Shown here: piece by piece, positions 38,471 to 53,358 of the stretch
How positions within the stretch are numbered: position 1 is the first letter of the stretch
How the letters are laid out: each line of letters opens with the position of its first letter
Source of the DNA: Moniliella sp. 'wahieum'
Taxonomy: Eukaryota
NCBI GenBank assembly: GCA_003971905.1
Contig: RSEE01000028.1
Span: 248,001-312,000, forward strand
Direction: 5' to 3'
DNA: 64,000 nt
Notes under the pieces: model-generated
Seen by the model: only the letters and a program-made list of their open reading frames with translations
Told to the model about the DNA's origin: nothing
Databases searched by the model: none
Position numbers and translations under genes: made by a program

Positions 38471-41400
38471 AAAAGGGAGATAGAGATACCTGTCACATGT
38501 CACATGTCATGCACGTTATACTGCGGGCAGCTGTGCCGGCGGAAGGAAAAGATAGTTTGCGGTGCGATGGGAGTATTAGCACAGGTAATACATACCTGGG
38601 ATGGGCGCAATGCTAGGCGCTGTGCACTGGGTGGGGAGGCGGTATAAACGACTACTACTTCAAGGAGAACGAGAAAGAAATCATCAGAGTATGTAGTCAG
38701 TACATCCGATCTCGGAATGCGGAGTACAGCGTACATGGATGAATCGATGAGCGCTGAGCCAAAGATTAATTTATCACTACGCCGTGGCTACTGTAACGCG
38801 TGACGTATGACCTCTGACACATGTGGCGGCCGTTGACAACGTTGACATGGTACGTTGACACGTTGACACGGGAGTCCCTAAGGCCTAAGGTCCCTCCTAG
38901 TTTGTCCCTCCTGCCACCGGGAATTTGGTATCTGCCAGGGTAGAAAATTGGCAGAACGCATCGAACGTTGAACGTACGTGTACGTTGAAACACTGCCCCA
39001 TCGATCATCGATATGGGCTTTCGTCTTTACATAATTTTAGCACTGCTCTAGCCGCGTGCCCGTCGACGGCTGTCTCAATATTTACGCCTAACACGATCAT
39101 TGCAGCGCCCGCCGGCATGTGCTGAGGACAAGGCCGCATGCCACCTGTCACATGTGCCGGTGACCGCGACGCAGGGACGCAAACAGAACCTGTGACAGGT
39201 GACGCGGTGACGTATGTATCTGACATGCGACATCGCGGCTGACATCGACACATGTCTGCACAGCGCTGCACTGCCATGTGCGCCACGGTCTCGTATTTGT
39301 TTACCTGCTCTCGCCATCAACGTCATCTATCACCACGTCATCGTGCCCGAGTCATCATGCATCATGCATCATGCATCGTTGAAGCTTCACGCTTCACGCT
39401 TCAAGCTTCACACCTTCATGACGCAGTCTCCAGCTCATCAGATGGCTGATCTCAATACTCAATGATCGAGCTTTTCTTTTCGTCGTCTGGGGACGCAATC
39501 TTATAATCATGCAGCGCCATATAGCGTGTTGCCGAGCACACAAAATATTCAGCGGGAGCACACTCATAATCCTAGCGCTCTCGGCGCTCCCTCAGCGCCT
39601 CGGCACAGTCGCTCGCCATTGAATGAGCGCTGAGTAGGTCCAGCCTGAGCGCTGGGTCTCAGCGCTGAGTACCTGAGTATGAGACGCGCAATACTCTCTA
39701 TGTGTTCAACCAACGTTCACCATTACTTTCTATGTTACAGAGCCCACCAATCGGGTTCAGACTGGAAGCTGTCCCTCATCAATCGTCACCAAATCTGGCA
39801 ACCAAATAGACGATGGGGATTGATTGCTGATGAGCGATAGTAAACCGTCGCGGTGAGGGAGGAGAAGGAGGATGGAGTGAAAGAGAGGGAAAAAACTAAG
39901 CTACGATTACCGAAGCTTCGAGAAGGAGGCACGTCGGACTGTCGCACTTTCGCCCGGGCGGATGTAGCGGAGCTAGCAGACGGATGGAAGTGGTTGGGAA
40001 CGTCGGAGTCCGGCTATACCCTTGGCACACTGCACTAGTGTCCCAACGACACATGTGCCTCGTCGTAGTCCGCATCACACGGAGCGCCTCTCCCGTGCTG
40101 TTACGCAGAGGATCATTAATCAGTTATCACTTAATCACTATACACAAGCGCCAGAAAGTAGGGCAAAAAGTCTTTTGTAATTCAGACAGGCACCGATCGT
40201 CGATGGCGTATTGAAGCCGAGATATTGTGGTGGAACTCTCCGCCCCTCTGCGCTGTCTTACATTTCGTCCGTATGGTCCCCCGTCCCCGTGTGGCCTGAA
40301 TTTTTTTGGAAGACGAAAAGGGCATTTGAGTTTGCGGGCGGTGAAACTCTTGCAGCGCGTTGTTGAAACGCTTCATATACATACTCATGCATGATGCATG
40401 ATACATATGGTGCAATATGTCAGCCTGAGCATCCTGAGGCCTGATGGCCTCAGCCTCAGGGGCCAGGATGCGGGTTTTTACATATTATTTTAGTAACACA
40501 AAGCGGCAAATTTTGAAGGCTGGGGTTTAACAATGCCTAGGATACGAACAGGGGCTGGAGGCTGAAGGAACCTTCGTTTTGGTGCCTATGTATGTATCAG
40601 GCATCGTACGCATCATGCAACTTTCAGTACGGCCGACGCAACGTCTGTGCACAGGCTGAGCCAGCATTATTAAATTGATCGATGATCTCAAACTAATAAA
40701 CAAGGCTGCCATAGTCGGGAAGCAACGAGCATGGACTCACAGAAGTACGCTTCAAGGAGGCAAATGACTTTGTTTTTCATTCACTGGCGAAGCCTGAGGC
40801 CGATGAGGTCTCAGATGGAAGTTCGCGCATTAGCACGGCAATAGGAAGGGAGCGGAGGAAGGATTGCCAAATTGTACTCAAGAGACCCGTAGCAAAGCCT
40901 ATATAGGGACTAAAAGGCGGACCTTTTATGCCCAAGGCGAAAGGGAAAAATCAGTTGAAGGTGCCTCGGTTCATGCTTTCTTTCTTGAGCCAACTTACAG
41001 CGTAGGGATAGTCTGTCGACGCCGACGCCCTACTTGGCGGAACGAAGCGGACAGGGGGATTCGCAGAAGTGTGGGTACGAACCCGCAGGAACCGGGCGTC
41101 GGATTGCTGAAGTGCAGCCTTATACAGACCTACTCAGGGCGCCTCAGATCCCCCGTAACTCAGTAATACTTAGTACCCCGGGGCAAACAGTACACAGCAC
41201 TCATCTCAGGCTGAGCTCAGGGCGAGGTCCTCTACAGATGAATATGGCATGTGGACATGTTACATGTGACGTGGGACAGTTGACAACAAGGCGAAACAGC
41301 CGTACACCGATCACACACCGGGTATCATATACGTGTACGTACTCAGTAAAGACACCCCCGGATCCACCATCCATCGACCATCGACCATCGACCATCGACC

Positions 41401-41921
41401 ATTTTTGATCGCAGACACCCATTGCGTCTGCGACAGACTACAGACTAGACCCCGCCGTCTGCGACAGACCACAGAATAGCCCCATCATACATCTGCATCA
41501 TGCACCATGCATCACACGTGCGCCACCACTAGCATGTGAAATGGGGCAGGTGGCAGCGTGAAGCTTAAAGCTTTACGCACACTGCCTCCATTTCGGCTGG
41601 ACCGCTGGGATTCGGTGGTCGATGAGCGAATGATGCATATCGATGATCGAGGATTGGCTGTCCGGTCTTCCGGTGACGGGACGCCATGACCCGGTGACTA
41701 TGACTCCGCCGGGGAGACCAGTGCCCTCCAGCGCCTCAGCGCTGATGCATGACGCATGCTTGATGGCCCTGCAGATTGAACGCGGCTGAGCGGCTCCGCG
41801 CTGAGGCCGAGGCCCCCAAATCCGGTGCGACAGGAGCTTCTGCAGCCCCCGTCTTTGCCTTAAAAGACAACACACACCGCCTACCCGCCCCTCCCCCGTG
41901 TTTCCCCTCCCACTCGCCATC

Positions 41922-43133
41922 ATGTCCTTCCCTCCCTTCGTCGTCTCCACATCCCTCGTCCCAGGGTGCGAGGAGACGCTCCTGCACGCCCCCCTCGTCG
42001 GCGCGCCGACGCAGCTCGCAATGCTGCCCACCTTGTCTGGCGCATTTGCCACAGCGCAGCGACACTGGACCCACTCAGTTCACCCAACTTTCCCCCACCC
42101 CGGCCACTCGCACCACGCCGCGTCTCACCCCCCTCCATCTGAACCCACTTCCTCTCCCGCCTCCTCCTCGGTCTCCTCATTGGCATCCGACGTTTCCTTC
42201 GTCCCGACGCAGTTGCAGCCCCCGAGGGCGCAGCTCTCGGCTTCCAATCATTCCTCCCACCACCCAGCACATCGCCGCACGCTTAGCCGCCAGGAGATGG
42301 CTAGTCAGCGTCAAAATGTCTACATTGTCCGCTGCGCCCAGTGCGACAAGTTCTTCACCGACCGCGGGATGAAGGCGGTGCTGTTGCTCAAGCCCCATGT
42401 CACACTTTACAGCACCGACGCGATGCCCGCCAACTGCAGTGCTGTTTATACCCCCCCCCTCCGGGTCAAAGTCTGCTGGACTCGGACGTGCCGCAGGAGC
42501 GGACGTGCAACTGCTTAACCCAGACGCTCGGATGCAATGGATGCGGGAGCGTGGTGGGTTACAATGTCATTGCACCCTGTGCAAAATGCAGTGGAAATGT
42601 TGCCAAGCACAGCCAAGGTTCAAACGGGTACGTCTTTCTTCTTACGCTCTCATCTGCTCACCTTACTCATAATTCGTTGGTATCATGGCAGGCATCGCAT
42701 CGTTTTCCACGCTCTGAAATTAGCATCCATCCCAGGCGCTATGTGCGGGGCGAGCGCGGGTCAACGTCATGAACGTACCACTGCGGCTCAAATTGCTTCT
42801 GGAAGAACAAGCGCTTTTGGTTTCGCAAATCCAGTGTCTTCCTCCTTCCTCGCGCTCGGAATCGGCCGACGGGGGTGAGACAGAGAACGGATTCGTCTCA
42901 TCACCGGCATCGTTGCAAGATGACAACCTGGTCGTTCTCCAGAAACGGCTGTGGACGATCAACCATGTCCTGCGCTTACACTAACATCGCTCCTCAAACA
43001 ATTTGATCGGGGTGCTCGCATCATTCTGGAGGGCGAGCCGGTATATTGGTCAGACATCAACCAGGAAGGCGGGGACCGGACGCAACCTTTTGACCCGGAG
43101 GAATTCCTCCATTTGCCCTTGACGGCCAGATAA
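41922..43133 (+). CDS. FAM72-family (Yippee-like zinc-binding) protein; intron ~42628-42691
   Basis: CAQCDKFFTDRGMKAVLLL..LYSTD, RTCNCLTQTLGCNGCGSVVGYNVIAPCAKC, NG|HRIVFH. Confidence 0.85.
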
Positions 43134-44161
43134 CCGTCCCTGGTTTCTACCTGCTTCTCACCCATCCCTCGTATATTATCTCTGCTCACCCGCGACAACA
43201 TGCAAGGTCGCCTAGCCCGTTGTGGCTTCCAACGTTTGATACCTCTTCACCTTATTTACACCACACCCACTCCATCTGGCCGCCGCGTCCGCGTTACGAT
43301 CGCGCGGTGGTAGGCTGCCCCTCCCCCCCCGCTCGCGTTCTCTCTAACTTCATCATCACCGTTCCCTTAATATTGTTCCCTGAGCCCACTCTTTTCATTA
43401 TCTGTTCTGCTGGCCAGTGCGGAAGATCTTCATGGAAGAGAAGTGTCAAGCACTGGCTACAAGCCAGCTCCTCACTGTCCATTTTAATCTCCTCCCACTC
43501 TCTCACATCCCGTGCATCGATATTAACTCCCCTCCACATCTGTTTTGATTGTGCTGCCTCCTCATATGTTGGTATACATCCCTCACTGGCCTTGTTCGGA
43601 CTCGATTGGCAAAATGGATCCCCCTCACAGTCACAAGTCGCAATAGTTTTCGGGGGTGAGTGGAGAGGGTATAGCGGCTGGGCTCTCTTTCCGACGACCC
43701 CGACAAGTGTAACGATTCTTCAAAGTCTATTTCCGATCTCTGATCGGGATTTCTCACCCCTCTCGATTCCAGCCCCTTCCAATCTTTTGCGCGGGCCATA
43801 CCCTCAGGGCTAACAGAGCCAGCAAAAAAGTGGGGCAGATGGATGGGGATGTGGGGTTGAAGCTGATGGTGCACAGTGTGATGAATCTAAGCCTACTAAG
43901 TGATCGGTTTTTATGATGAACACCCTGATAATGGAAACACAAGCTGCTGTGGCACACGCATAGTGTGATTTGAGCCGAGACATCTTCAAAGGCTAGGCAC
44001 TAAAAGGCGACCAGACCGAGACGTGAATATAGCGTGAATCCCAAGGGAAGACCCTAAAGCCTCTACAGAAATTAAAAAAGAGGAACTGAACACATTGATC
44101 GCAGGGGGCGAAGGGTCTATAGAAATGACTACTACATACTATAACTGGGCTAAATATGTGC

Positions 44162-44197
44162 GTACTCAGGTACTCAGTACTCAGTACTCAGTACTCA
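44162..44197. repeat. Heptamer array (GTACTCA)x5
   Basis: Read directly; one of the T-N-A + palindrome arrays. Confidence 0.9.
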
Positions 44198-46276
44198 CGG
44201 CCCACCAGGGAAGACCGGACACACAGACTTTTCGGCCGTTGCCGAGAGCGAGTTCGGACTTTATGTTGCGTTTCGGCAGGCAGGACATGATCATATTGTA
44301 TGCGTGTAAAGGGAGGAAAAAGGAACGATGCCTGTGTGGGGGGTCACACTGGTCAACACACAGGTCTCCACGACCACATGTATTCTTCTTTGTCGGGTGA
44401 GAACCTCTGCGAGAGCGGACAGTAAAGGTCGGATGAATCACTGAGAGCCGACCTGGCAAACGAAGCGCTCCTTAGTTCTGGCCCGATGAAGGTTTGTAAA
44501 TGCGTTTATGAATCCGGCAGCCGCCTCACCTATGGCGCTCTCTCATATGACACCTCACGATCATCACTCCGATGCGATCGCGCACAAAACACGTGCCTTT
44601 TTTCAGCTTTTTTGGTGACGTGGGTGGACGGCCCCTCCCTTCAGAGGAGCGACCCACACACTTCTAGGGATGCTTCCTGTTTGGAGAGGAGATACCCACT
44701 CACATTTTATCCACAGTCTACTATTGATGGATCTCAACAGAGGGCGACAAGCGAGAAGAGGTGAGAGAGGTTCAGTACTGTACTCGGTGCGTCGGTTCGT
44801 GTACAAGTGGTATACTTGTTGGCATACTCGACAATTCTCTCTCAGAATGATCATGTACATAGAGGAACCTTTTGATCTTTTTGGTGAGCACTCTGGCCCG
44901 ATCAAGGCAGGGAACCACAGGCTAGAGGTCCTCGACTTGTTGCATCAAAAGGTAATATCGGCTTGCCTAGTCTCGGGCGTTAGCGGATCGTTGAAGAGCG
45001 GGCGCTTGAAGGCGGGCTTTCTGGTGGGATGGAAGCTGTGACATAGTGATGAATTGAGCCAGAATGCCTTCGATCGATGATCGTCGCCCTGTCCCTGCAG
45101 TACTTCGGGCAAGAACAGGTACTATATCCGCAATGACAGCAGTGGACCGGAGGGCTTTGAGATTGGCACCGAAGAAGAGAGGTTTGGTGTGTCCAAAACG
45201 CCTCAATATTCCTCTCTCTGCCTTGCGACATGTGGGGTGAACGGTTGTCTGATGAGGGAGCTGGTGCTGAACGCAGAGATCGAAATGCGGCCGCCAACAG
45301 CCAAACCTGAAAAGAGGGACCCAGGAAACCGACCGATGCACTTTATTGACTGCCACATGACGTGGGTGTAGCAGCCTCGTTTTACGGTTATCTTGCCGGG
45401 TTTGAGAGCGACGGTGGGGATGTCCTCGAGGTCTGCTGGGAAAGAGAGCGAAGGGGAGATTTTTTCCGTCCCGAGTACAGTCATGCATACAGGAGCCACA
45501 GTGGCATCGGATCATTTGGGCGTCTTCACTAGCATACTAGTAGCTCTTCGTCCCTGCTGCTTATAGTATTGGACCACATCGGACGGCCTATCCGTCTCAT
45601 CGTACCCACATTCACATATGCTACTTGGACTACACCTCAATGAACACATTACACACCGGCTTGTTCAGTTCGCCTGTTCATTCTCCCCAATCGAGGAAGT
45701 GGTAGAAATACAGGGCCATCGCATCGCACCCAACAGGCATCCATGCCAAACGAGCGGTGATGACACCAGCACAAAGGCTAACCGCTCGGGCGTCAGCCCA
45801 AGGAAGGGGTCGCGCGCGTGGCACCAAGCCAGAGGGGTGCGGGGGTATATGTGGCCGTGACGACATATACCAGTGTGCGCGACAAGAGAACCACGCGGAG
45901 AACCACAGGCGTGCGGGGATTATGCGAGCGCACAGGCGCCCCCAGCCCCCGTGCAACGATGATGACCAGGGAGAGCCAAGAGACTATCACACCATCCCAT
46001 AAAAGGGGGATAGTAGAAACAGCGTGACGGATGGAAGAAAGGTGAAAGAAGGGTTGGAACAAACTTGTCGGGAATGGGGGTAGGGGGGGATGGGATAAGA
46101 TGAAAGTGCAAAAACGAGCGAATCGTTCGGTTGCATTACTTTTGGTTGCTCAGTCGGTCACTGCGACCAGGTAGGCTGATATTAGGACCAGAGACAGATA
46201 ACGGACCGAGCCGAGACGACAGCTTTGAGCTGTTTATCATCTTCCTCGTGAATTCGGACGCGGCGGTCAAAAGAAT

Positions 46277-48271
<1,995 letters not shown>

Positions 48272-49018
48272 GGTGGGCGTGGGAGATGGTGGGGGAGCAG
48301 CAGCCGCCGCGGCCGCCGGGTGCTGGGCAGCGTCGGCCGCCCCGCCGGGTGGGAGGCCCTGTCGGCTTAGTTCAGCCTGTCGCACTGCCTGCGGGTGCGC
48401 AGCCGTGGAAGAAAAAAAAGCAGGCACACGGGCGGCTCCTGCGGGCTGCTGCCTGAAAAAACAGGCAGCATGCAGCCACGCAGCCGGCACGGCGCCACAG
48501 CCAGCCGCCCCTCGCTCCTCAGCTTCTGCCCGCTTCGGTGCAACAGGCGGGCCTTACCTCAGCCCCGATGCCCGCCATCTGCCCTTGCCACTCGAACGAC
48601 CCCCGCAGCGGACTGATTACTGCGAGGCCACGTGATGCGATTGGCTTGGCTACGCTTGCTTGCCGACACACGCAAGACACGTCCTCACCAGGGGTATGCA
48701 CTTCGACCACTTGGGTGGCCCATGTATTTGCCACCCACCGCAGGGTTATATCATCGCTTCAGTCCTGCAAGGCGGCCTTCATACCATCTGGCATACGGCC
48801 AAACAACATCCCCGGTTCTATTGTCGTGAGGCATTTCGCCGCATTACATCCCTTCGGCAGAAGAGCTACCAGTCTCCCTTACTAGGCTTCACTTCTCAGT
48901 CAAGTAATCCTATCCGCCTTTCTGGCGTCCGAATGACGAAACTGGCTGAAGCAAAATCAAGGTCCGAAAGTGTGCGCAGGTATGTGGGCCGAAGTAGAGA
49001 CTGGAGGCGAGATGGGGA

Positions 49019-49139
49019 GGGAAGGGAAGGGAAAAGGGAAGGGAAGGGAAGGGAAGGGAAGGGAAGGGAAGGGAAGGGAAGGGAAGGGAAGGGGAAGGGA
49101 AGGAAGGGAAGGAGGAAGGGAAGGGAAGGGAAGGGAAGG
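49019..49139 (+). repeat. (GGGAA)n microsatellite, ~120 bp
   Basis: Read directly; starts ~15 bp downstream of the SH3 gene stop. Confidence 0.95.
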
Positions 49140-49152
49140 ATGCCATGGGTTA

Positions 49153-50134
49153 TTAGAAGATGTCGCCAATGATGCCAACTGTTGCTCCAACTGCCAAACC
49201 GCCAACCACGGCCTGGCCAACATTCGAGTTGGCCATCTTGCTAAACTTGGCTCTGCGCGCTTTCATCGTCGCGTCCGATTCCCTTTGGTCCCAGAGCTGT
49301 CGGGGGGGTAGTATCCTCCGGCCGGAGGTCCGTAGTTACCGTACCCGCCCGGACCAGGTGGGGCAGGGTAGGCAGTTGGTGCAGCATCGTACATTGGGGC
49401 GCCCGTATAGTAATCCGTCCGAGGCCCCAACGCCACTGGGGCGTTTGGTACCGCCGCCTCATAACTCGGGGGGGAGTCCTTTGCTCCTATGGCTGAGGAG
49501 CGGTGAGGGGGAAGAGCGGGGGGTGCCTTGACCACTCAACATAATTTGCTGGAAAGAGACGGTTGTTCGCCTCTGGCCCCTTCGCACCCACTCGGTGGCC
49601 CTTCCACCAATCCTCGGTCGTCCGCTCCACAACAACCAACAAATCGCCTTACTAAAGCCCAACTCATCTTCTGCCGAGGCCGAATAATCCCATTGGCTTT
49701 GGCTCGTTCCCCCTTTTCGTCCTGAGGTGGAGTGGCGGCAATCCGCTTTGTGGGAGCCGGGGGAGGGGCGCGCTTGGGCACGCCCTTCACCCCCTGTGCC
49801 GCCTTGGCTGCGGGCGGTCCTGATGGCGGGGTCAGCCCACCCAGACGAGCGGTTAGACTGGCCACCGATGGGCGCCCGCCTTGATGGTTGCAGGTGAGGA
49901 GTATCCAGAGGCAGGTGTGGGGGCGAGACGTAAGAGGCCGTGCGCGATGGTGCGGGGCTGAGCCCGGGGCTGGGCCTGGGCTGGGTGGATACCGCGCTGG
50001 CCGATTGCGTCCTGGTGGCGGGCAACGGGTGCAGTGAGAGCGTCTAAAGCATTTTGGTCGATGGCACCGCGCTGGTGCAATTCCTGGGCAGCCTGGAGAA
50101 CGTTGGCAATGGTGTAGGCACTGGTCGCTTCCAT
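49153..50134 (-). CDS. SH3-domain protein, Pin3/Lsb1-like
   Basis: AKAQWDYSASAEDELGFSKG..EDWWKG..GLFPANYV, PPSY motif, glycine-zipper tail VGQAVVGGLAVGATVGIIGDIF. Confidence 0.75.
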
Positions 50135-50399
50135 CGTGTGGTTTGTGCGCAGTGGTGGCGGGGCAGATCGTTGGCCGGGCGGCTCGGCGCAAGCGCTCGC
50201 TCAGCTGAGCACCTCAAGCTTGTACTTTGAAAGGAGATATGCACGTGATCAGAGCGAGATGGCGGAAGTGCACCTAGACAATCGGCAGGACGAGTGCGGC
50301 GGAATGGCGCAGGGGGTTGCACCGCTGATTTTTTGGGCTGGGCTGGTCGGATTCTGCTTTGGCCCAGCCCGCTGCTACCCAGCAACACCACCGTCCAGC

Positions 50400-52492
50400 A
50401 TGTCCAAGTCCATCTGGCGCGGGCCGAAGGCACAGCACTTTGAGCTCGTTCATCGTTCGCAGCGCGACCCGCTCGCCAACGACCCTGATCTGACCAGCGC
50501 GTGCTCGCTCCGCGCCAGCGGGCCAACGAGGTCCGCCGCCAAAGGGCTCGGGCCTGACCCGCAGCCAGCTCGAGCAGGCGGCGCTGCGTCGGGTCAGCGG
50601 GCCAACGTGGGTGAGGCGGCGCGCTACGGCATCTACTATGACGATACCGACTACGACTATATGCAGCATCTCAAGACCGTCGGCCAGGGCGGTGAGCCCA
50701 CCGAGGATGACGCTCCTGCCGGGCCGACCTTCTTGCTTGAGGCGCCCACGAAAACGAAGGCGCCCAAACCGGCGCCACTGGCAACCGGTATCGCTTTCAA
50801 GGATTCCACCGCCCCCGTCTGTCGGGGAGGCTTCTTCCGTTTCTCACGGGATCCAGCTTCCGCCCGAGGCCTTGCCATCGGCCCTTGAGCTGAACCAGCC
50901 CTACCGCCACGCCCCCGGGAAAAAGGAGGGAGAGGTGCATGGTTTGCACCTGGTTGAATGCCCACTTGCGTCAAACGCTCGAAGCGTTGGACGATGAGGA
51001 GTTTGTTGAGGACGATCTGGAAGATGACTTTTTTGAAGGCATTGTTCAGGAGGGTGTGCAGAATGGTACTGACCCGACTGGATGGAGCAAGCGCCTGAGG
51101 GTGACGAACGTCTCTGGATGAGCACTGCCGATCTGATTCAGTCCAAGGCCGACCAGGGAGAAGAGATTGACGAGGAGAACCTCTCTCTGACCGAACGGGT
51201 GGCCCTGTTCAAGGCTGGTGGCCTGCCGGGCATGCAACGGCCTAGCTACTCTGATGAGGAAGATGAGGAAGAAGCGGCGGATGAGGTGGGATCTCTACGC
51301 GGTCTTCCATCAGCGGCCAGGAGGGCGCCCCGAGCGGCGTCTTCCACAGGCGGCTCCTCTTCTATCTTTGGCGACGAAAAAAAGAAAAAGAAGGCCGGTG
51401 TGAAAGCTCGGTATGCGGCATCGCAAGCGGGCAATCTGCGTTTAGTATGTCGAGCAGTGCGATGAGTCGCAACAAGGGTCTCTCGAGGTCGACACCCGTT
51501 TCGATGCCGTGCTGCGCCAATATGGCCGTCTCAACACGGACGACGATGACGTGGCTGCGTTTGGTACCGGCGTCGATGACGACGACGACCAAGAGATCGC
51601 TATGGAGGCGGAAGCTCGGGCGGAGGCGAGGAGGCTGAAGAGGAAGAGGCGGCCGAGATGGAGATGACTGAGGCTCAAAAGCAAGCTTTGGACCGGGCCA
51701 TGAACGACTTTATGGACCATTATGACGTCTATGGTGGCAAGCTGGCTTCAAGCTTGGCGACCGCGGTACGTCGGCGGCGGATAAGGTGGGACTGCTCGCC
51801 AGAGCTTAGGAGAGGCTCGGATGCCCGATGAAGCTACGTGGGCTGCCGAGCAGCAAGAGTATGAGCAGAACCCCGACGCTGGCATGCCCGAGGTTCGCAT
51901 CATTGGTTCCAACCGTGAAAAGTGGGACGTGGAGACCATTCTCTCCACTCGAACCAACCTAGAGAACCATCCGCGCACGATCAGCGCCGCCAGCGTCAGC
52001 ATTGCCGCCTCAAGTGCGTACGCCCCCACTACGTTGGGTAGCCAGCGCATCTCGGCCCGCGGTATGCTTGGGCCGGATGTGGAGCCTAAAGTGAAGGTGG
52101 ATCTGCGGACGGGGATGTCCAAGGTGGTTGGTTTCCAGAAGCGCAGGGCGGGGCCCCGAGCGCTTCCTCGGACCAGTCAGCTCTCCCCTCCGAAGCTGAT
52201 GAGGATCAAGAGCCTGAAGACGATGCAGCCGGCGAGAGTGGTACCGAGTCGGACGATACCATTGGCCCCTTTACCGTTGGCACCATCACAAGGCCCAAAG
52301 GGGAAGTTCCGAGGACAAGAAGGCGCGGAAGCAAGCGGCCAAGCACGACAAGCAGCTGCGTCGTCAACAAAAGGCCGCACCAAACAGGCGTTCAAATCCG
52401 AGGCCAAGCGCCAGGCGAGCATGCGGGGTGCTGCTGCTGCCAAGGCTGGCGACGTATCGTCGGCAGAGCGTGCCGGTGCGTTGCGTCTGTAG
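50400..52492 (+). CDS. LTV1: 40S biogenesis factor Ltv1
   Basis: FELVHRSQRDPL, GEAARYGIYYDDTDYDYMQHLK, WDVETILSTRTNLENHP. Confidence 0.92.
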
Positions 52493-53358
52493 TGGCTTTT
52501 TGAGGAGGCCCATCTCTCTGTCCCTTGGGTGGGTCCTGCTACTTCTGTTCCCCAGCATCGTGTCTCCTGATTGCATTTCCATTTACCCCTCGAGCATGGC
52601 ATGCCGAACAACATGCAACTCAGTAACAATCTTCCCGCTGTTTCGTTGTCTGCATGTAAGCCTAATATCTATTCCTCCTAAGTAGGTCTCCCATGGCGCA
52701 CGCGCGTTTCAGATAAAGTTGCTCAAGCTGTTGGTATGCGTATGCCTTGGTGGTGATACAGCATGTGTACAATGTATAGCCTGTAACGGCACAAGGTACC
52801 GTACTGTGTTGGTCGATGAACGTGACTGTCATATACAACTAAAGCCAAGTGAAAGGTGTTGGATCGGGCACTGCAAGTCTCCTGCGCATACACACTGGAC
52901 GGTTTCCGCACTGACCACCTGACCATCGGGCCACGCATCCGGCCGTTCTCGTCAGCCTCCCACGGCTGAGGTCTCGCAGCGGGACTTATTTTCATGACTT
53001 TATCCCTTCCCGGTTGATAGGCAGCCGGCGATAGCTCCATTCCACCTGTGGTCCAAGCAATGCACGCTGGTGGACCAAGCGTCCCGTGACGATGTGATGA
53101 ATTGGAGGGGGGGATGGATGAAGACAAGTGTTCTTTGTTTTAGTAGAGGGGATTCAAGACGATTAGAGAAGGGATGACCAAGATAAAGAAGAGCACAAGA
53201 GCAACGTGTCCCTAGCAAACAAGCAAAGCGAAAGACGGTGGTTCGGTGGACCGACAACAGAAAAGAAGGGAGCGATGGCGGAAACCGTTGAAACGGTGAC
53301 AGACATGCCAGACAGCGCCAAAAGCGGGCCTTATCCTGCGCTTACTGCTCAATGGGCG

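Noticed and set aside
39827..39855. Hammerhead-like string CTGATGA-GCGATAGT-AAA-CCGTCGCGGT-G
   Set aside because: GAAA core is missing, the cleavage-site base is G, and no stem I pairing is present; at best a decayed relic.
41026..41098. tRNA-like T-arm (GTGGG-TACGAA-CCCGC)
   Set aside because: No TTC loop and no valid cloverleaf.
44600..45515. Broken minus-strand ORFs between FAM72 and DED1
   Set aside because: No recognisable motif; cannot be supported as a gene without a homology search.
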